Positions 58,434 to 64,000 of a stretch of DNA of 64,000 nucleotides are shown here, one piece after another. Position 1 is the first letter of the stretch, and the number at the start of each line of letters is the position of its first letter. A model generated the notes under the pieces. The model saw only the letters and a list, made by a program, of their open reading frames with translations, was not told the DNA's origin and made no database searches. The DNA lies in NCBI GenBank assembly GCA_002269645.1, contig NIVC01002754.1, positions 1 through 64,000 on the forward strand, written 5' to 3'. The stretch is from Macrostomum lignano (Eukaryota). The translations under genes and the position numbers were made by a program.

Positions 58434-61379
58434 CCGTCCTCTTGAGACGCCGAGCCCCCCGGACGACGTGCGCCTCCTCCTGGACAGCGCCGGGGACGTC
58501 CAGTTGAGCCCGGCCGTCTGCCACGTCGCCCGCATCGACGGCGTCGACCTGCCGCTGATCTTCGCCGAGGCGGACCCGGGCACGCCGCGGGTGCCGCACT
58601 GGATGGCGGAGCTCAAACTGCTGTGGCGCTTCGCCCCCAGCAGCATCGCCGAGCAAGCTGGCGGCCCCTTCGCCATGCCGGCCGGCCTCGAGCCTTCGCC
58701 TGCCGACATCCGCGCCATCGACCTGGCCAACTGGCGACAGCTGTGCGAGTTCGGCCTGCCGCAGGTCGGCGGCAGCCTCGCCGACACCCGAGATTGCAGC
58801 CTGCTGCCGCTGCACCAGCTGGTGCGCTGCTACGAGTCCGCCCGCCTGCGGCACCTGGCTGGCCTCCTCCTCGCCTCCGAGCCGCCGGACTCCCTGCCGG
58901 GCGCTTCCGTAGAGCTGCTGCCGCTGACGCTGCCGAACTCTACTGAGGTCCTGTGCTCGATTCCCTGCGTGCACCGGGCCGGATTGGGGCTGCTGCCGGT
59001 GAGTCACCTGACGGAGCTGCTGCCCTGGGGACCGTGGGGGCAGCTGGAGGCGCAGGGACTCGGCGTGGAGGCTACCATGGCCGAGGCTCGGGCGATCGAG
59101 CGGCACTCGAAGTGGCCGGGAGGGCCGCAGCGGCTGCTGTCGGTAGCTGCAGTTGTCAACCTGCTGGCGTGCTGCCGGCCCGTCGCTGCCATCAAGGAGC
59201 CCTGCAGACAGTTGGAAGATGTGAGCTGCTCTTTTGTACACCTGTGCCTGCTCATGCTGACGATGGTGCTTGGCATGGCGCCACTTCTGAAGTTTCAAGG
59301 CCTGATTTTGGCGCCGTATCTGAAATTTATGATTTTGGCGCCATATCTGAGATGTCTATATTTTGGTACCTGATCTGAGATTTCTGTCTATGGCGCCATA
59401 TCTGAGATGTCTATATTTTGGTACCTGATCTGAGATTTCTGTCTATGGCGCCATATCTGAGATGTCTATATTTTGGTACCTGATCTGAGATTTCTGAAAT
59501 CACTCAAGGCGTCACTTTGCATTCCGCTGGCTAATCCATTTTATCATCACTATCCCCATCATCCCATACTTGGTGGGCTTCTTAAGAGTCTCAATTCCCA
59601 AGAATTGCCTTGGAACCCTTGTAGATCAACTTTTCAACAGTGCTTGGGGCTGTCGAGCTCCCAAGCCTGTGAGATACGCATTGAAAATTGCTTTCTGCAA
59701 TTCCATTATTTGGAATGAAGTCTGCTTACTGCCTGCCTGTGCTATGTGTCCAATCAAGATCTTTAGCATAAATTTTTTAACGGAGCATCGAGTTCGCGTG
59801 CCCATGGACTTTCAGACTTTCAGACAGAATAAATTCAGTCAGTAATTCAGTAAAAATAATTGCGTTTAGATTATTTTTAACTGAGCTGGGGAGATCTGCG
59901 CAGATCAGTACTTTGAATGAGGGAAATGTCCGTCCTTTGTGTCCAAACACTTTCTTGCCTCAAGAACAGATAAAGCAACCAACTCACGCTGTGGACCAGG
60001 TGAGAGTTGAGAGTAGAAAAGAGGAAAGAGGAGAGAAGAGGGCAGAGAGGAGAGAAGAGGGGAGAGAGGAGAGAAGAGGGTAGAGAGGAGGGAAGAGGGG
60101 AGAGAGGAGAGAAGAGGGTAGAGAGGAGGGTAGAGGGGAGAGAGGAGGGTAGAGAGGAGAGAAGAGGGTAGAGAGGATAGAAGAGGGGAGAGAGGAGAAA
60201 AGAGGGGAGAGAGGAGAGATCCAACAACAACAGAAACAAGAAAAACTCACTTGAATAGGTAAAAGTCAGTTAACAAAAATTTCTTATTATAGATCTGATA
60301 AAATGTGACGTTGTGGTTTGTGCAGAGCCGGGATTGAGAGCTCAGGTGCGTCAGCACTCAGGCTCCGGCACGCCTTGGCTGGTGGGGCTGGGCAAATGAC
60401 TGCGCCCCCCTATGCTTTGCTTCCCCGTTACTGCCTCAAGTTATGCCGAGATAAGAAATTCATGCATGGCAAATAAACTTGACTCTCTGTCGCTCCTTCC
60501 TCTTACGAGCCTCTACTAGTCTTAAAACGCAGGAAATCGGCCACCCCGACAAAAAGTTTTTAACGAATCTAAAAAAATGGAGCAGTTTTCGTTGCCAGAT
60601 CATTGACACTTGAGGCTTCCTCACACACTCCATTGACATCCGCTTGTGGTTACATTCGTTCTGTTTTATGATCTATCACGGATGGCCACCCCCCCCCCCT
60701 AAGGCAGAGAAGGTCGTACATGTAAGTTTGGCGCAGAATGGACAAAATCGCCTCAGGGCTGATTTGTGTTGAACGAAGTGTTGCGGTCGGGGAGCCCACA
60801 GGCCTCACCTCCCGAAATGATGGTCATTTTTGTAGCTTATGCCGTACAAGGGTCGAAATGGGGGGGTTGGGGTAATGTCTGTTTATTTCTGTGGTCTGCG
60901 GGTCTTGCACAGGCTGGGAGCGCGGAACTCGGAAAAACTGACTCACAAACCTGCAAGCTTTGAGCATGACTCACCGCAGGGACGGCCCGTGTCTCGAAGA
61001 TTTTCACGAATTTTGATCAGCCGTTGCCAGGGCATTTGAGTTCGAAGTTGAAATTTATGGGTTCAGTCTCAACTTATTCGGGGCCTTTGTTTGCCTGCCC
61101 ATGTCAGATTTCCGTGTGTGCACACAAGCGTAAGCGGGGTTCGGTCGCACACCTCTACCTAAACTCCTACAGTATTCAAATATCTGCCAAAGTGTGCAAA
61201 CCTAATCTCTATTTAACTAAATTTTAACTAAAGGAAAGGGTTTCTCTGTGCTTTCCAAGCAGACTTAGAAGCTGAATGTTTGCGCTCGTCGTCATGTAAT
61301 TAACAGATCCTGCCGCTCCAGGACTCCTTAGTCCTGATTTGCTAATGGTCCACTTCGGTCAACTAATATAACTGTTGAC

Positions 61380-61422
<43 letters not shown>

Positions 61423-61690
61423 GTCTGTCTGTCTGTCTGTCTGTCTGGCTGTCTGTCTGTCTGTCTGTCTGTCTGCCTGAAATAATATCAAAAACCTCTT
61501 ACGCCACCCGCAGGTTGCCTCAGAAAAGCAGTCGCAGCCGCAGCTCTTGGGGAGCAGCAGGGCGCGCAAGGCCGCCGCCTATCCCAGGAAGCTTCGGGCG
61601 AAGCGCCGCAGGCAGTTGCTGCCCGCGGTGATAAGTGCGGTGCCAACCAGCTGTCAAACTGCAGTGCAGAGCCATGACTCGGCCGCGTGA
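58434..61690 (+). CDS. Uncharacterised protein, partial model: exon 58434-59220 plus probable last exon 61514-61690 with a basic NLS-like stretch; 5' exons unresolved
   Basis: GC-rich codon-like ORF 58468-59373 with acceptor ccccgcag (58433) and donor GAT|GTGAGC (59220). Phase-0 acceptor cccgcag (61513) opens VASEKQ...RKLRAKRRRQ...SAA*. Confidence 0.6.
59305..59500 (-). repeat. Short array related to the 36.7-kb 27-mer (ATTTTGGCGCCATATCTGAGATG)
   Basis: Reverse complement of the GATATGGCGCCAAAAT units. Confidence 0.8.
59998..60220. repeat. Purine-rich AGAGGAGAGAAGAGGG repeat
   Basis: Direct reading. Confidence 0.85.
61378..61475. repeat. (TGTC)n microsatellite
   Basis: Direct reading. Confidence 0.97.
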
Positions 61691-62054
61691 TGAAGCGGCA
61701 TATGAAAGCTGACCTCTCATTTGCTATACCCTCCCTCTGCCTTGCTTTTACACTGTAGCTGCCGCTTGGCTGTTGATTTCCTGCCTGCCCTGACCTTTGT
61801 GTCAGTCTTTGCCCGCCTTGCAGCTTGGAAGTTTTTTAATATTGACTTTTCTATTTTTTCTTATGCTCGATTCTGCCAGAATCTGTTTACTTCAAAATAA
61901 TATTTTTACTGTGTGACCACCACCGTATCTGCATTTGCATCTGTAATCTGCATCTGTAAATAAACTCTACATCTGGAACTGTGGATTTGAGTGGGTTTGG
62001 ACTGCCGAGAATCAATACCTAACTGAGCAGCTGTTGAACTCTTGAACTCTTGGA

Positions 62055-62110
62055 GATAGATAGATAGATAGATAAATAGATGGATAGATAGATGGATAGA
62101 TAGATAGATG

Positions 62111-62163
<53 letters not shown>

Positions 62164-62377
62164 ATAGATGGATAGATAGATGGATAGATAGATAGATGAT
62201 AGATAGATAGATGATAGATAGATAGATGATAGATAGATAGATGATAGATAGATAGATGATAGATAGATAGATAGATGGATAGATAGATAGATAAATAGAT
62301 GGATAGATAGATGGATAGATAGATAGATAGATAGATGATAGATAGATAGATGATAGATAGATAGATGATAGATAGAT

Positions 62378-62445
<68 letters not shown>

Positions 62446-62449
62446 GATA
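62055..62449. repeat. (GATA)n microsatellite
   Basis: Direct reading. Confidence 0.97.
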
Positions 62450-62630
62450 TGCCGAATGCCAACGCAAAGCCACGCTCGCAGAGTTGGTTTCTTTAAATGA
62501 TAAGTCAAATCGAACTTATTTAAATTGACCGATATTTCGGCCAGAACTGGCCTTCTTCGGGGTTTATAATTGGGGGTATAAAAACAACGATTATTTTGGC
62601 AGTGAACTTATTTATCATAAATTTAATATA

Positions 62631-63547
62631 GGATTTTTCGTTTGATTTCATAAAATTGTCATTTGATTTCGTCCATAGAAGTTGGCAGTGCGGCCGTAGA
62701 GTCTATGGCAATAAAGTGCGCTGTTTTCCAATCGAATTCATAACTTTGCCACTTCATTTCGACATACCCAGTAGAAAGGCAACAGAAAAGTCGATGCGCT
62801 TGTCCAGTACAGAAAGAACTGTTAAAAACAGAAAGCGGTGTATTTAAGTCACATGAGGAAGTAGGCAGTTGCAACAGTGAAATCAGTTATGTCCGCCAAA
62901 GTTAATGCTCGTTCGTTGCAACAAGCTACAAATTTCACATTATCTGCTGCTCATTGATGCACAGGGGCAGAAACTGCATCACATGTCGTTCCCAGGCAAG
63001 GCACTTCGCGGCGGAAATTTCCTCTAGTGCAACGTAGCCGCAGCGGAAAAGCACCATGAGTCTCCACTGCGTTGGGTTGATGCCATCAGGCGGATAGCTG
63101 AGTTCCTGTTGAAGCTCAGGTGTTGCTAGCTGGCGTTTAAGCGAAGCCTTGAGACAACTGTGTGCCTGCTCCGCGGCGTTAAGAAATGGAGAGTACGGTG
63201 GCAGAGTTCGCAGTTGAATACGATTGGCCGCGTTTATACGTTTCCAATGGACGCGTATGCAGCCATTTTTAGGCACACAAGGAAGGTGACTGTTGCCCAA
63301 GAAGAGGACACGTTCATATAAGCTTTTCATTTATATGAGAGGTTTGGCCATATATATTCACCCACTGATATCCCAGCCCCCTCTGGCAGTGTTTGAGTCA
63401 CTCCGCGCGTCAAGTCGAAATGAAGTGGCAAAGTTATGAATTCAATCGGAAAACAGCGCACTTTATTGCCATAGACTCTATGGCCGCGCTGCCAACTTCT
63501 ATGGACGAAATCAAATGACAATTTTTATGAAATCAAGCGAAAAATCC
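62631..63547 (-). mobile_element. Internally deleted Tc1/IS630-family DNA transposon, ~133-bp TIRs (62631-62763, 63414-63547), TA target site, carrying only the transposase C-terminus (62935-63330)
   Basis: Near-perfect inverted repeats beginning GGATTTTTCG, both flanked by TATA. The ORF contains LPPYSPFLNAAEQ, the DDE_3 C-terminal motif. Confidence 0.9.
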
Positions 63548-63869
63548 TATATTTATATACCAGCTTTGGAGGGGTGCGCTGAGCAGCGTTGTGTAAAGAT
63601 GTGTACGGATAATTAGTTTAAAAAGTGAACTGAAGCACGCTGATTGGTTAAAGTTTTGTGGTTAAAGCCTTGCACAAAAAGTATGGATGTTGTTGCAGAT
63701 TTAAAGAATAGAAGTGTATGACTAATTATCTTGAACAGTTCAACAAATAAGTTATTTACGCCCGTAGAAAAAACAAATATTACTGTAAATTAATACAGAG
63801 CACTGAGAACTTTGCATAAAAAAAGTGTAAATAATTAGATGTAAATATTCAATACATATAAAGTAATTA

Positions 63870-64000
63870 AAGAAATTGAGTAGCCAGTCAGGCCACGAGT
63901 CGCAGTTGGCGGCGTCTGGTCACAAACCACCGTCGCCCAGGCCCTGGAAACAGGCGGCTGGGCACTGCCGATCGGTTGTAGATTAACAGTAGTAGTAGTA
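63870..64000 (+). mobile_element. Possible 3' end of a SINE/LINE with an (AGT)n tail
   Basis: A GC-rich segment ends in AGTAGTAGTAGTA at the window edge; there is no second copy to confirm it. Confidence 0.25.

Noticed and set aside
57919-59298. 459-aa minus-strand ORF
   Set aside because: Antisense shadow of the GC-rich plus-strand exon, running on into a minisatellite.

Overview
Eukaryotic (metazoan) genomic DNA with GT-AG introns. Most of the long six-frame ORFs are artefacts of tandem repeats. The architecture (short exons, introns filled with minisatellites, nested genes) resembles free-living flatworm genomes such as Macrostomum, but that assignment is inference only. Reconstructed genes, left to right: an LRRC74-like LRR/EF-hand gene (+); ACAD8 isobutyryl-CoA dehydrogenase (+); a ~1600-aa type I transmembrane mucin with three modular repeat exons and an SEA-like domain (-); an unknown coiled-coil gene (-) whose intron 2 carries a Crypton-like tyrosine recombinase element; a 3x F-type lectin + WSC gene (-); a ZNF106-like WD40/C2H2 gene (-) with a nested antisense single-TM gene; and an unknown gene (+) whose degraded inverted duplicate lies ~18 kb upstream. 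Mobile DNA includes the Crypton-like element, an internally deleted Tc1/IS630-family element with ~133-bp TIRs, a decayed Penelope-like RT fragment, a MITE-like element and SINE-like copies. The most notable signals are (1) the Crypton-like element, with paired palindromes, two substituted catalytic residues and a terminus coinciding with a host splice acceptor, and (2) a ~3.6-kb CpG desert with C>T/G>A changes extending to CpA/TpG contexts (RIP-like). Exon models come from manual splice-site and phase matching. Three apparent frameshifts each look like a single missing base in or next to a G or T run, so assembly error is likely.
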